Shown piece after piece: positions 1-10,600 of a stretch of 64,000 nucleotides of DNA. The translations under genes were made by a program, and so were the position numbers. The stretch's first letter is position 1, and the number at the start of each line of letters is the position of its first letter. This DNA is from Candidatus Poribacteria bacterium (lineage in GTDB: Bacteria; Poribacteria; WGA-4E; UBA9662): NCBI GenBank assembly GCA_036339735.1, contig JAYZAL010000041.1:27680-91679 (forward strand), in the 5' to 3' direction. The notes beneath the pieces are model-generated. The model had not been told where the DNA came from and did not search any database. It saw only the letters and a list, made by a program, of their open reading frames with translations.

Positions 1-9
1 AGACCGAAA

Positions 10-1479
10 TTAACGAATTAGGATTCGCCGAACGGTATTTCGATCAATTCCCAACATTCGAGCGGTCTGCGACTGATTTTTATTTGTGTACTCGTATACC
101 TTCCTTACATACCAATTCTCAAAAATCTTTCGAGCATCGTTATAAGGTTGAATTGTGAGTAGATGGTTTAGCTCCCCTAAATCTCCCTCAATTTTCTTTT
201 GTTCTGTACCTATATTCCATTTTTCACTTTCTTCCTCTGTAAGAGCGAGTTCATCTACCGAAATTGATTGACTTTCAGAAAATATCATACTCCTTTGAAC
301 AACATCCATCAGCTCTCTCACGTTTCCATTCCAATTTTTCTTCTCTAAGAATTCGATTGCTGGCCTAGAAAATTGCTGATCAAGTTGGTATCGTTGACAG
401 AAAATGTTACAGAAATGTTGTACAAGTAGACAAATATCCCCTTCCCGTTTTCGTAGACTGGGTAAATTAATAGGCAATGCACTCAAGCGAAAATATAGAT
501 CTTGGCGAAAAAGGCCATCCGTAATTGATTGCTTTAGGTCTCGATTAGTAGCTGCGATAACTCGTACATCGATAATCCGTTCTTGATTTTCGCCGATTCG
601 CTTGATTTTTTTTTCTTGCAGAACTCTTAGTAAACGAGGTTGCATAGCCAATGGCATTTCACCAATTTCATCCAAGAATATCGTTCCACCTTTGGCTGCT
701 TCAAATGCACCTAAGCGTTGGTTAGTCGCACCACTAAAAGCTCCTTTTCCATGTCCAAAAAGCTCGTCTTCTATCAAGCTTTCCGGAAATGCAGCACAAT
801 TCAAGGGCAAAAAAGGACGATCCGATCTCTTACTATGATAATGTATGGCCCGTGCCACAAGTTCTTTCCCAGTACCAGTCTCTCCTGTAATTAACGTTAC
901 AGGAACTGAATCCCCATTTGAGTCTATCTTTGCAATCCGTTCAATTTGGCTAAATATCTTTCGCATAGATGGAGAAATACCGACAATAATTTGTCCCGCA
1001 GCATAGGGAAGTCCACCAATTCGATCGATAGTTTTCTTTTTTTGTATCCGGATGGTTCTTTCCAATTGAAGTCGCTCATTAATAGCTTGAATACGGAACA
1101 TGAGTGCATCCAAAAAGCCACTTCCCTTTTCGATAAAATCTGTTGCTCCCCTTCGTACAGCTTCTAAGGCGTTTTCTATTTCGCTATTACCGGTTACAAC
1201 CACGACCTTACAATCGGGAAACTCTTTTCTAATATAAGATAAAAAAGATAAGCCTTCTAAATTTGATTGCTTTTCCTTCATAGAAATTGTGGACTGTAAT
1301 TCACCCATCTCAAATGAAAGATCAAGCAAGACAATATCTGGATCAAATTTCGTGAGTTTTGGGATAGCTTCCGCTGGGTTAACAGCAGTCTCAAATACCA
1401 TTTCAAGTGACGATAACTTACGTTGGTAATGCTGCCAAAAAGCTATTTCATCTTCAACAATCAAGATTTTAGTCTTCAT
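10..1479 (-). CDS. Sigma-54-dependent response regulator (REC + AAA+ + Fis-type HTH), NtrC/PrsR-like
   Basis: N-terminal receiver (ILIVEDE, VLLDL, VVTG, FIEK); Walker A GETGTGKE; ELFGH-GAFSGA loop; Walker B FLDEIGE; RVIAATNRDL; FRQDLYFRL; WNGNVREL; C-terminal NQSQTARMLGIDRNTV HTH. Confidence 0.95.
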   Translation of the reverse strand: MKTKILIVEDEIAFWQHYQRKLSSLEMVFETAVNPAEAIPKLTKFDPDIVLLDLSFEMGELQSTISMKEKQSNLEGLSFLSYIRKEFPDCKVVVVTGNSEIENALEAVRRGATDFIEKGSGFLDALMFRIQAINERLQLERTIRIQKKKTIDRIGGLPYAAGQIIVGISPSMRKIFSQIERIAKIDSNGDSVPVTLITGETGTGKELVARAIHYHSKRSDRPFLPLNCAAFPESLIEDELFGHGKGAFSGATNQRLGAFEAAKGGTIFLDEIGEMPLAMQPRLLRVLQEKKIKRIGENQERIIDVRVIAATNRDLKQSITDGLFRQDLYFRLSALPINLPSLRKREGDICLLVQHFCNIFCQRYQLDQQFSRPAIEFLEKKNWNGNVRELMDVVQRSMIFSESQSISVDELALTEEESEKWNIGTEQKKIEGDLGELNHLLTIQPYNDARKIFENWYVRKVYEYTNKNQSQTARMLGIDRNTVRRILIR

Positions 1480-3745
1480 TTTGACTCCATTTATTATCAG
1501 ATTTCAGATGGACAATCCAGCCTTTTGTATCAGCAGGCCTGTATATTTTTTTTTCTGATTTGTCACTTCTCAAATACTTAGAGGTATGCCAAAGGCAAAC
1601 TCGATCACCATCTGGCAACCAATGAATATTTGTCAGTCGTAGGTTCGTACGGGCAATTTGCCACTTGGAGCGGTTCTTTAGATCATAAATCCAGACTAAC
1701 CATTGTACGCCCATACAATCAGAACGCTCCATAAAAACTAACCGAAGGTCGGTAGGGGACCAAGCTGGTGCGGTATGCTTGAAAACCTTCGTATCTAGTA
1801 TTCGGTTGCTGTTGGTAACATGTAGACGTTTATCTAATACTGGGTCTAACTTCATAAGGCCAGTCTGCACATGAGACAAATAGGAGCCATCAGCTGACCA
1901 CACTAGGTTTTGAATTCGGCGGCTTTGCGTTGAAATCGTCTGAAGTCGATGACCTGAAGTTGTATAAATCGCAACTTCTGATCGGCCCGTGACAAAATGA
2001 TGACCATCAAGACCAAAAGCAATCCGTTTTCCATCCGGAGACCAAGCTGGTGGTGCCAAATAAGAAAATGAACTCAACTGTCCATTAATCGGAATACGGG
2101 CTATAGTCTGTAAACTACTACCGTCGATGTTGACCTGATACAAAATATCTTCGTTGTCTTTCCAACGACGAAAAGCAATCTGGTTTGCAACAGGAGAACA
2201 TGCTGGTGCATCTCCTTTTGCAATCTTAATAAGCTCCTTGGTTATGGAATTAATAGCCCAAATGTAGCTTTGATTGTCTTCATAGGCCTCAAAGATAATC
2301 CACTTACTGTCTAATGACCAAGATAAATTTGGGTTGTAGAAATTCCCTTTGCATTGTTTATAAAACTGACGATTCGTAGTAGAAAAAGTCCACAGTTCGT
2401 TAGCTTGCCAATATTGCCCCGAAAGATTGGTCCTGCGCAGAAAAGTAATAGACTTACCATCTGGAGACCAATTTGGCATCTCTGCTCCATTTATTAAGGA
2501 GATCGATTCAATTTGTCCACAGATATCCATATTAAATTGAATCGATTCTTCACCTGAAAAACGGCCAACAGCATTGGCCTCAACCCAACCTGATTGACCG
2601 TTGGGTAACTGAATTTGACGAAATTGTTCGCGATCTTTATTTCCTTTTGGGTCAAGATTCACATTTTCTAGGATTGGTACAACTACACCATCATTTAACT
2701 CCGCAATGATTGATGATTGTTTTTTTGTATTTGTCGGTTCCTCTGGAAATCTATAAACAGGCGACGTATCTTGTACAATGGTACCAAGGATAGCCTCGGC
2801 TCCTGATGTATTTGTCGATTTTTTTTCAAGCTTTTTGACCGCGCCAAAAGCGTAGAGGTAGCCGTCGTAGGAGGTAGCATAAAGCATATTACCCGCGATA
2901 GCTGGAGCAGAATCGATATACCCATCTGTCTGGTAACGCCAAACGACATTTTGTTTCACTGGGTCAATCGCATAAAGCTGATTATCACGACTGCCAATGT
3001 AAACTGTACCATTAGCTATTACGGGGTAACTTTGACTGAATGGAATAAGATTTTTCCATTCGTCGATCCGATAAGCTGGTTGGCTTGGCATTAAGCGTCC
3101 ATTATGGCAAATGAAGTCCGTATCGTTTATTTGAACTTGTCTGTTTACTTTCCGCAATAATCTACCCGTTGCTGCCTGTAACAGGTAAATTGTATTATTA
3201 TAACTACCCACATAAACTGTCCCATCTTCAACTAAAATTGGCCCATTAACCCAGTTTTGAACTTTGAATCTCCAAACTTCCTTGCCAGTTCTGAGATTTA
3301 GTGCATACACAATTCCGTCAGTGACACTAAAGAAAACGAAATCGTCCCAAACAGCAGCTGAAAAACGGATAGCACTACTTGCCCTGAATTTCCATTTAAC
3401 TCCCCATGATTTAGCTAACAGTGCGTAGAAATAGTTGTCAGTTGAACCAACGTAGATAGTATCTTCGACCGCTATAGGACTCGCTTGTATCGGACCTCCC
3501 GTCTTAAATTTCCACTTCAGTTCTAATGGTGGTTTTATCTCTTTATTGTTACTTCTTCCTGATTGTTTTAAATCAAACATGAACATTGGCCAGTCTTGGG
3601 TACGGTGTACCCTAGGAGTTCCCGATGGTTGAATCGAACGTGTTTCTTGTGGGGCAGGATCTTCCGATTTACAACAAGTTAAGTTGAACCATATAAAAAG
3701 TGCATGTAAGAGAAAAAATAACCGAGATCCCCCAGTACCAGCCAT
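1469..3745 (-). CDS. Exported protein: PQQ/BamB-like beta-propeller + SH3b-like domain + TolB/PD40-like propeller
   Basis: Hydrophobic N-terminus ending in LTCC; WPMF; repeated W.F.T...SP..vYvGS.D..lYAl units; IQLPNGQSGWV (SH3b-like); repeated P.WSPDG units in the C-terminal half; overlaps the regulator start by 11 bp. Confidence 0.8.
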   Translation of the reverse strand: MAGTGGSRLFFLLHALFIWFNLTCCKSEDPAPQETRSIQPSGTPRVHRTQDWPMFMFDLKQSGRSNNKEIKPPLELKWKFKTGGPIQASPIAVEDTIYVGSTDNYFYALLAKSWGVKWKFRASSAIRFSAAVWDDFVFFSVTDGIVYALNLRTGKEVWRFKVQNWVNGPILVEDGTVYVGSYNNTIYLLQAATGRLLRKVNRQVQINDTDFICHNGRLMPSQPAYRIDEWKNLIPFSQSYPVIANGTVYIGSRDNQLYAIDPVKQNVVWRYQTDGYIDSAPAIAGNMLYATSYDGYLYAFGAVKKLEKKSTNTSGAEAILGTIVQDTSPVYRFPEEPTNTKKQSSIIAELNDGVVVPILENVNLDPKGNKDREQFRQIQLPNGQSGWVEANAVGRFSGEESIQFNMDICGQIESISLINGAEMPNWSPDGKSITFLRRTNLSGQYWQANELWTFSTTNRQFYKQCKGNFYNPNLSWSLDSKWIIFEAYEDNQSYIWAINSITKELIKIAKGDAPACSPVANQIAFRRWKDNEDILYQVNIDGSSLQTIARIPINGQLSSFSYLAPPAWSPDGKRIAFGLDGHHFVTGRSEVAIYTTSGHRLQTISTQSRRIQNLVWSADGSYLSHVQTGLMKLDPVLDKRLHVTNSNRILDTKVFKHTAPAWSPTDLRLVFMERSDCMGVQWLVWIYDLKNRSKWQIARTNLRLTNIHWLPDGDRVCLWHTSKYLRSDKSEKKIYRPADTKGWIVHLKSDNKWSQNED

Positions 3746-4023
3746 CTAATTCAAATCAAATTTGTACACGAGCAGAGACATTAGGAAACTTTGATTTGAC
3801 TTTCCACATACAGCTTTTTCGGTTTTTAACGAAGTGTGGTAATTGACTAATCATTTCATTTTCTAGAACATTTGAGTAGAATTTTGATTGAATTATTTTT
3901 GGGGTTCTATGATTGCTAACCGGATAGTAGTTATTCATCAGGTACGATATACAAAAACCACAGTCAAACGACCCGAAAATCCCCCTGAATAAGAATTTCA
4001 AATGGTTGAGACTAAATAATTTT

Positions 4024-4725
4024 TTAGTCCTTTAATCGATCTTGGAATACAGACTGGAGCTTTTTCAGTTTTGGTGAGATAACGACCACGCAATAAGGTT
4101 GAGAGGGGTTAGAGCGATAGTAATTTTGGTGGTAGTCTTCTGCCGGATAAAATGTGGGAGCGGGAGAAATTTCAGTTATAATCGGGTCTGGCCACAAGCG
4201 AGACTCTTCGGTTTGTTTTTTTGATTGAATCGATTTTAGGCGTTGTTCCTCGTCATGATAGAAAATGACAGATCGGTATTGTGTACCAACATCGGCCCCC
4301 TGACGATTAAGCGTGGTTGGATTGTGTGTATGCCAAAAAACATCCAATAAATCAGTATAAGATATTTTCTGTTGATCGAACGTAATTTGTACAACTTCAG
4401 CATGGCCTGTGGTACCTGAACAAATATCTTTGTAAGTTGGGTTCAATACTGTACCGCCCGCATATCCTGAAACAACGCTTTCTACACCTTTTAGTTTTTG
4501 AAAAACGGCCTCTACACACCAAAAACACCCTCCCCCCAGTGTGGCGGTATCTTGATTTTCACCTTTCATTTTTTGTGCCTCTTTATTATTTAGTTGTTTT
4601 TTTTCGTATACTGCAGAGGGGGGTTCTGATTTTGCTTTTTGTTTCTCGATTATACAAGCCGAAAGAATTAAAGAAATTAGAAAAAGAAACAAGCAAGAGA
4701 AAATTCTAAATTTGCAGGATTTCAT
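4024..4725 (-). CDS. msrA: Peptide-methionine (S)-S-oxide reductase with an N-terminal lipoprotein-like signal
   Basis: [45 protein letters not shown] motifs. Start moved from ORF-track 4788 to ATG 4725 (MKSCKF...LILSAC lipobox). Confidence 0.95.
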   Translation of the reverse strand: MKSCKFRIFSCLFLFLISLILSACIIEKQKAKSEPPSAVYEKKQLNNKEAQKMKGENQDTATLGGGCFWCVEAVFQKLKGVESVVSGYAGGTVLNPTYKDICSGTTGHAEVVQITFDQQKISYTDLLDVFWHTHNPTTLNRQGADVGTQYRSVIFYHDEEQRLKSIQSKKQTEESRLWPDPIITEISPAPTFYPAEDYHQNYYRSNPSQPYCVVVISPKLKKLQSVFQDRLKD

Positions 4726-4830
4726 TACTTCCGACCTCACACTCCACATTACCATTCTGATGGTATCAAAATGATTTTTGTTTTTCAAGTTTTAAGGTCA
4801 TCTCGTATATGATAATATGAACGCTGACTT

Positions 4831-6528
4831 ATGAGATGCAACGTACAAAACAATAAAATACACCTATTTTTTCTATTTTATCTACTATACTTCCAGTTAA
4901 TCGATACTGAAGCGGTAAATTTTACGGATGTGACAGAAAAGGTGGGGATCAAATTTCGACATCAAAACGGATACTCAGAAGACCACTTTATACCAGAGAC
5001 TCTCGGGGCAGGTATTGCCGTTTTCGATTATGATAACGATGGATGGATAGATCTATATTTTGTTAATAGTGGTTACATCAAGGAACCTTATAAAAATCGA
5101 CCTAATTCCCTTTACAAAAATTTAGGTGACGGGACTTTTGGCAATGTAACCGATATATCGGGTGTCGGGGACACAGGATTCGGAATTGGTGTAACAGTTG
5201 GAGATTATGACAACGATGGACACCCCGATCTCTATGTAACTAATATGGGGCCTAACGTATTGTATCGTAACAATGGCGATAGTACCTTCACAGACACAAC
5301 ACGGTTAGCAGGTGTTGGATATGAAGGTTGCAGTACAGGCTGTGCCTTTTTTGATTTCGATCGGGATGGGGACCTTGATTTATATGTAGCTAACTATGTA
5401 CCAATTGAGGAAATAAACCAAATAACCAATAAAGACGGGTATAAAAACCCTATTTTTTATCAAGGAGCTAGGGATGTATTATACCAAAACGAAGGAAATG
5501 GAACTTTTAGTGAAGTAGATAGTAGTAGATTCACGGATTCAAAAGAAAAAATGCGACTCTTCAAAGATGCTCGTGGGTTGGGAGTAGTCGCTACCGATTT
5601 TGATCGAGATTGGTGGACAGATGTCTATATTGCTAATGACAAATCAAAGAATCTTTACTTCCAGCATAATGGATTTGAGGATATTAACTTACCTATTTTC
5701 ACCGAATCTGCCACTACCGTCGGTATCGGTTACGATGGTTTCGGGGAGGCTCTGGCTGGAATGGGTATAGCAGTTGGAGATTACAATAATGATTGTAATC
5801 TCGATATTTTCGTTACAAATTTTGCTTATGAATACAATAATCTATACCGATGCGATCCTGATGGAACTGGCAAATTATTCTACTTCGACGACACAACTAC
5901 AGCAAGACTAGGTGATCCAAGTTTTCCGTATGTAGGTTGGGGGACAACCTTTTTCGATTATGATAACGATGGTGATTTAGATTTATTTATTGCTAACGGT
6001 CACATTATGGAAGATGCTGAGCTCAACTCCAATCAACTGACTTACGCACAGCCTGACCAGCTATTCGAGAACCAATTAATTGAGTCTGAAACCGCATATT
6101 TTGTCGATATATCCCAAAAAAGTGGGAACTACTTCTCCCAACGTCGTGTGGGACGAGGAGCTGTACACCTTGACTACGACAATGATGGCGATTTAGATCT
6201 GTTAATCTCTAACTCAGGACAAGCACCAATTTTACTTCGAAACAACGGTGGGAACCAGAGAAACTGGGTCTCAGTCACCTTAGTTGGTCAAGCAATAGGT
6301 GTTAAACTGAAAATTCAGTCTGGCGATCAAACCCAAATCCGACAGGTAGATAGTAGCGCAAGTTACTGTTCTGTTAACGATCTCCGAATCCATTTCGGGG
6401 TAGGATCAGACAAAATTATAGACCAACTCGAAATTTGGTGGGATGAAGACTGCTATCAAAAGTTAACAGATGTTGAAGCTAGACAGCACCTGGTCATATC
6501 TCGAGAGTTAACCGGGATTAAAAACTAA
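4831..6528 (+). CDS. CRTAC1-family protein (FG-GAP/VCBS-like repeats + ASPIC/UnbV domain)
   Basis: Repeated DYDNDG.xDL Ca-binding motifs; FTDVTEKVGI start; C-terminal NW...AIG...HFGVG...IEIWW ASPIC/UnbV signature; N-terminal hydrophobic signal. Confidence 0.9.
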   Translation: MRCNVQNNKIHLFFLFYLLYFQLIDTEAVNFTDVTEKVGIKFRHQNGYSEDHFIPETLGAGIAVFDYDNDGWIDLYFVNSGYIKEPYKNRPNSLYKNLGDGTFGNVTDISGVGDTGFGIGVTVGDYDNDGHPDLYVTNMGPNVLYRNNGDSTFTDTTRLAGVGYEGCSTGCAFFDFDRDGDLDLYVANYVPIEEINQITNKDGYKNPIFYQGARDVLYQNEGNGTFSEVDSSRFTDSKEKMRLFKDARGLGVVATDFDRDWWTDVYIANDKSKNLYFQHNGFEDINLPIFTESATTVGIGYDGFGEALAGMGIAVGDYNNDCNLDIFVTNFAYEYNNLYRCDPDGTGKLFYFDDTTTARLGDPSFPYVGWGTTFFDYDNDGDLDLFIANGHIMEDAELNSNQLTYAQPDQLFENQLIESETAYFVDISQKSGNYFSQRRVGRGAVHLDYDNDGDLDLLISNSGQAPILLRNNGGNQRNWVSVTLVGQAIGVKLKIQSGDQTQIRQVDSSASYCSVNDLRIHFGVGSDKIIDQLEIWWDEDCYQKLTDVEARQHLVISRELTGIKN

Positions 6529-7601
6529 ATAGATGATTCATCATTTTCGAAAAGAGCAGATACAAAATCTTGCGCAACGAAATCTCTCAGATCATCAAGT
6601 TGTTCACCGATACCGATCAATTTGATCGGTACACCAATTTCCTGGCGAATCGCTATTACGACTCCGCCTTTAGCTGTACCGTCAAGTTTGGTAACAGCTA
6701 CTCCTGTCACTGGGACTGCTTCGTTGAAAACATTGGCTTGGATAATAGCATTCTGACCAGCTGTACCATCAACAACTAACAAGACCTCGTGTGGAGCTTT
6801 GGGAATTTCGCGTGAGATCACCCGTCCTATTTTAGCAAGTTCATCCATTAGTGGTTTCTTAGTATGTAGTCTCCCCGCAGTATCAATAATTAATACATCT
6901 ACTTGGCGAGATTGAGTCGCGTGAAGTGCGTCAAAAACAACCGAAGCCGGATCAATACCTTCATCACTGCGAATCAAATCGGTGTCACTCCTTTCGCACC
7001 AAATCTGTAATTGTTCAGCCGCCGCCGCACGAAACGTATCAGCCGCTGCTACCAAAACTGATTTTCCTTCTGATTTAAATCGGTGGCACAGTTTTCCAAT
7101 TGTAGTTGTCTTTCCCGCTCCGTTAACACCCAAGACCAAAATAACGTGTGGACTATCGTGAATGATCGATACAGACTGTCCGTCTTGACCTAGCATAAGC
7201 TCAATTTGTTCTTTTATTACGGCTTCCAAATCGGCGGACTCATCAATCATGCGTTCCTTAACAACATCTCGTACATTATCCATTAAGGTCATAGTAGCCT
7301 TGACCCCAACATCGGATTGAATCAGAATCTCCTCAATTTCTTCCAATAATTCTTCATCGATTTTGCGACCAATTCGCAATAACCCTTGGATTTGGGTTAC
7401 TAAATTTTTTCGTGTTTTGGACAAGCCACTAGTCAGCCGCTGAAACCAGCTTTTCTTTTTGTTGATGGAATCAGCAGTAGATGAGAAATCTGAATCCTCA
7501 GAAGGAGATGGAGACACCTCCTCTGATGGTCGTCGATCTAGGGTGGAAATATCTGGTTGGTTATCTTTTGGTTTTTGTCTACGAAATAGATTTTTGAGCA
7601 T
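6525..7601 (-). CDS. ftsY: Signal recognition particle receptor FtsY
   Basis: GVNGAGKTTT, DTFRAAA, DTAGR, TKLDGTAKGG, GIGEQLDDL. Confidence 0.97.
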   Translation of the reverse strand: MLKNLFRRQKPKDNQPDISTLDRRPSEEVSPSPSEDSDFSSTADSINKKKSWFQRLTSGLSKTRKNLVTQIQGLLRIGRKIDEELLEEIEEILIQSDVGVKATMTLMDNVRDVVKERMIDESADLEAVIKEQIELMLGQDGQSVSIIHDSPHVILVLGVNGAGKTTTIGKLCHRFKSEGKSVLVAAADTFRAAAAEQLQIWCERSDTDLIRSDEGIDPASVVFDALHATQSRQVDVLIIDTAGRLHTKKPLMDELAKIGRVISREIPKAPHEVLLVVDGTAGQNAIIQANVFNEAVPVTGVAVTKLDGTAKGGVVIAIRQEIGVPIKLIGIGEQLDDLRDFVAQDFVSALFENDESSI

Positions 7602-7650
7602 TGATGTTCCAAACTAAAACACAGTTACTGTATAAGAGTAATATTCGATA

Positions 7651-10600
7651 CTAGTTATAATCGCTCAATTTAGCTGAGACCAACTTAGAAACCCCCGCTT
7701 GCTCCATTGTTACACCGTACATCACATCCGCAGTTTCCATTGTTCTCTTGTTGTGGGTAATAATGACAAATTGGGTTTGCTTAGCATAAGCCTGAACTAA
7801 ATTGGTAAACCGAAGGACATTTGACTCATCGAGGGCTGCATCAACCTCATCCATCACACAAAAAGGACTTGGCTTAATTTTGAAAATGGCAAATAAGAGT
7901 GCAACAGCAACTAATGACCTTTCACCGCCGGATAACTGAGTGATTGTTTGTGGGCGTTTCCCGGGTGGGGAGGCGATGATATCAACGCCCGATTCTAAGA
8001 TATCTTCTTCATCAGTTAAACAAAGTTCAGTTTCACCACCGTTAAACAACTCAGCAAATACTATCTGGAAGTTAGTCTGGATTTGGGTAAACGTATCAAG
8101 AAAGGCTGTTTTAGAAGTTTGGTTGATTTTCTGGATAGCCTGATAGGTACTTTCCAAGGATTTTTGTAAATCTTCTCTTTGTGAAACTAAAAAGACTTCT
8201 CGTTCCTTATGTTCTTGGTAAGCAGAAATAGCCTTCATATTGACCATTCCCAGACTCTCAATCTCATTTTTGAATTGTTCAATGTGAGAAACGAGTTCAA
8301 AACGAGAAACGTCCTTTGTATCTTTATTCGTAGGAAAATCTGATTTTACTTCTTCTATTTCAACTTGATATTTGTCTTGAATGTTAGCAGAAATTGCTTT
8401 AATTTGCATCTGTAATTGTGTTTGTGTGACTTCCATCTGATGCCTAACTCGATTCTGTTTTTCATATTGCCGACGCATCTGACGGTGTAACTTTTGAGCT
8501 TCTGAGGTAGTCGCTAATAACTTGGTCTGTTCGGCCGATAGTTCTTCTACTCTTTCAACCACAGTGAATTTGTCTTGTTCTAACTGCAAAAACACCTTTT
8601 GACTACTTTCTATCTGATCAGTGATATTTAGCTTGGATGCTTCATCAGATTCGATAATCTGCTTTTGCTCGTCAATACTATTTTTTACTTGTAGTTGGTT
8701 TTGGGCAATTTGGTCCAGAGAAGATAGAATAGATTTATGCTTTTCACGCTTACTAGCCAATTTAATTTCTAATTCCTGTGAAGCTTGATCGACTTCTTTC
8801 CGTTTATTCTTTTCAGATTCAATTTGTTCGTTCATACGATCAATTTTCTTGAGCAAAAGTTGACGTTTTTTTTCAGCTTCCTGAAATTGGACTTCCAAGT
8901 CGTCTCTATCTGTCACGAATTCAGTATTTTGTGTTTGTAACCCCTGTTCCTTCAATACAACTTGGGCTAATTGCTCTGCAATTTCATTTACGCGATTTTG
9001 GGATTGTTCCAAGTCTTTCTGGTGTCCTTGGTAAGCAATCTGTAAATCTTGCCACTGGACCATTAGAGATTGACGTTTCTGTTGTAATTCTGTCGTATCA
9101 TTCACTACTTGATTGCGTTTCTTATTCTTTTGCTCAATCCTTTTCGATAGATGGTCTATCTGATCCTGCAACTCTTCTAGTTCACGAGACCGACTTAGTA
9201 AACCCGAAGATTGCCGAGAATTATATCCACCCGTTACAGCCCCAGATGCATTCAAAATTTCACCATCCAATGTCACTAGGCGAGATTTGGGTCGAAAACG
9301 ACGAGCTAAATTAATTGCTGTATCAATGTCTTCAACTACCAAAGTATTTCCTAAGAGCTGATCAATAGCAACCTCATACTTAGCATCACAGCCTACTAAT
9401 TCATTCGCTATACCAATGATACCTGGACGTTGTAGCAAATGTTGATCATCAAAGTATCGAGGGCGTAAAATATCTAAAGGCAAAAAAGTTACTCGACCGG
9501 CTTTAGTTCGTTTAAGAAAATCTATCGCAGATCGAGCATCTTCCGCAGTGTTGGTAATGATATTCTGGATGGCATTACCTAAAGCAATTTCTATCGCCAA
9601 CTCATAATCTGAGTCAGTCACTATCAACTCAGCAACCACACCACAAATCCCACTAAAAGTCGTTGGTTCAACAGTCTTAGCCTTTAGGATTGCCCGAACA
9701 CCTGTGTAAAATCCCTCGTACGCGCTTTGCAAATCTTTTAGAGATTTTAATCGGGATACACTTAGACCTAACGAATCCTTGATCCCATTAATCTCGCTTT
9801 CTAGCTGACGTAGATTTTTTTGTAGTGCTGCTAATTGTTCAATGACTTTAGTCTTACTCGAATCAACTTTCAATAGTTCAACTTCGGTTTCTTGGCTTTG
9901 CCTTTCAGACTTTGAAGCTTCAGTTTCAGCTACTTCTAGTGCCTGAGTCAAGGACTTTGCTTGCTCCTTAACTTGGTACAGATGTTCAGCCGAATACTCT
10001 AGCTTACTGTTCAAAGATGACAACTGGGTTTCAGCTTGAGAAATTTGAGAAGTAGTTGTAGCAAGGTCTGTTTGAGCTTGGTCGACAGAGTGTCCTGTAT
10101 CTTCGATTCGTCGATCGAAATCATCGAGGACTCGCCTGCGAGCAGTCAACTTACTTTCCTCCAACTTCAAGTAGACATCTATTTCGGTCTGTTCTTGCTG
10201 GTATGATTGGCTTTGCTTTATTAAGCCGTCAAGCTGTTTCTGTAAGGAATTAATCGCTTGATTAGCTCTTTGTCTTTGTTGCTGAATATTCAGTTGTCGT
10301 TCTTTATAGAGAGCAATTTGGCGTTCAGTTTTTTCGATTTTTGTTTGGAAGTCTTGAACAATAGCTGATTCTTTTCTGATATCCTGCTCTAGTTCTACTT
10401 GACGATTTTGTGCATCCTCAACTTGTTGTTCTGTTTCTTGAATGGTTTGATTAATTTGAGAAGAAGCAGTCAATATTTGATCTAAATTAGATTGTGTCTC
10501 CGATAATTCTTGGATAAATTGATTATATTCTCGAAAACTGAGGTCAAGCTCCAAGTCCCGAAGTTGCGCTTGCAAATGTTGATAACGTTCAGCTTGGCTA

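Noticed and set aside
3756-4001. 81-aa intergenic ORF
   Set aside because: No RBS or recognisable motif; probably chance in AT-rich DNA
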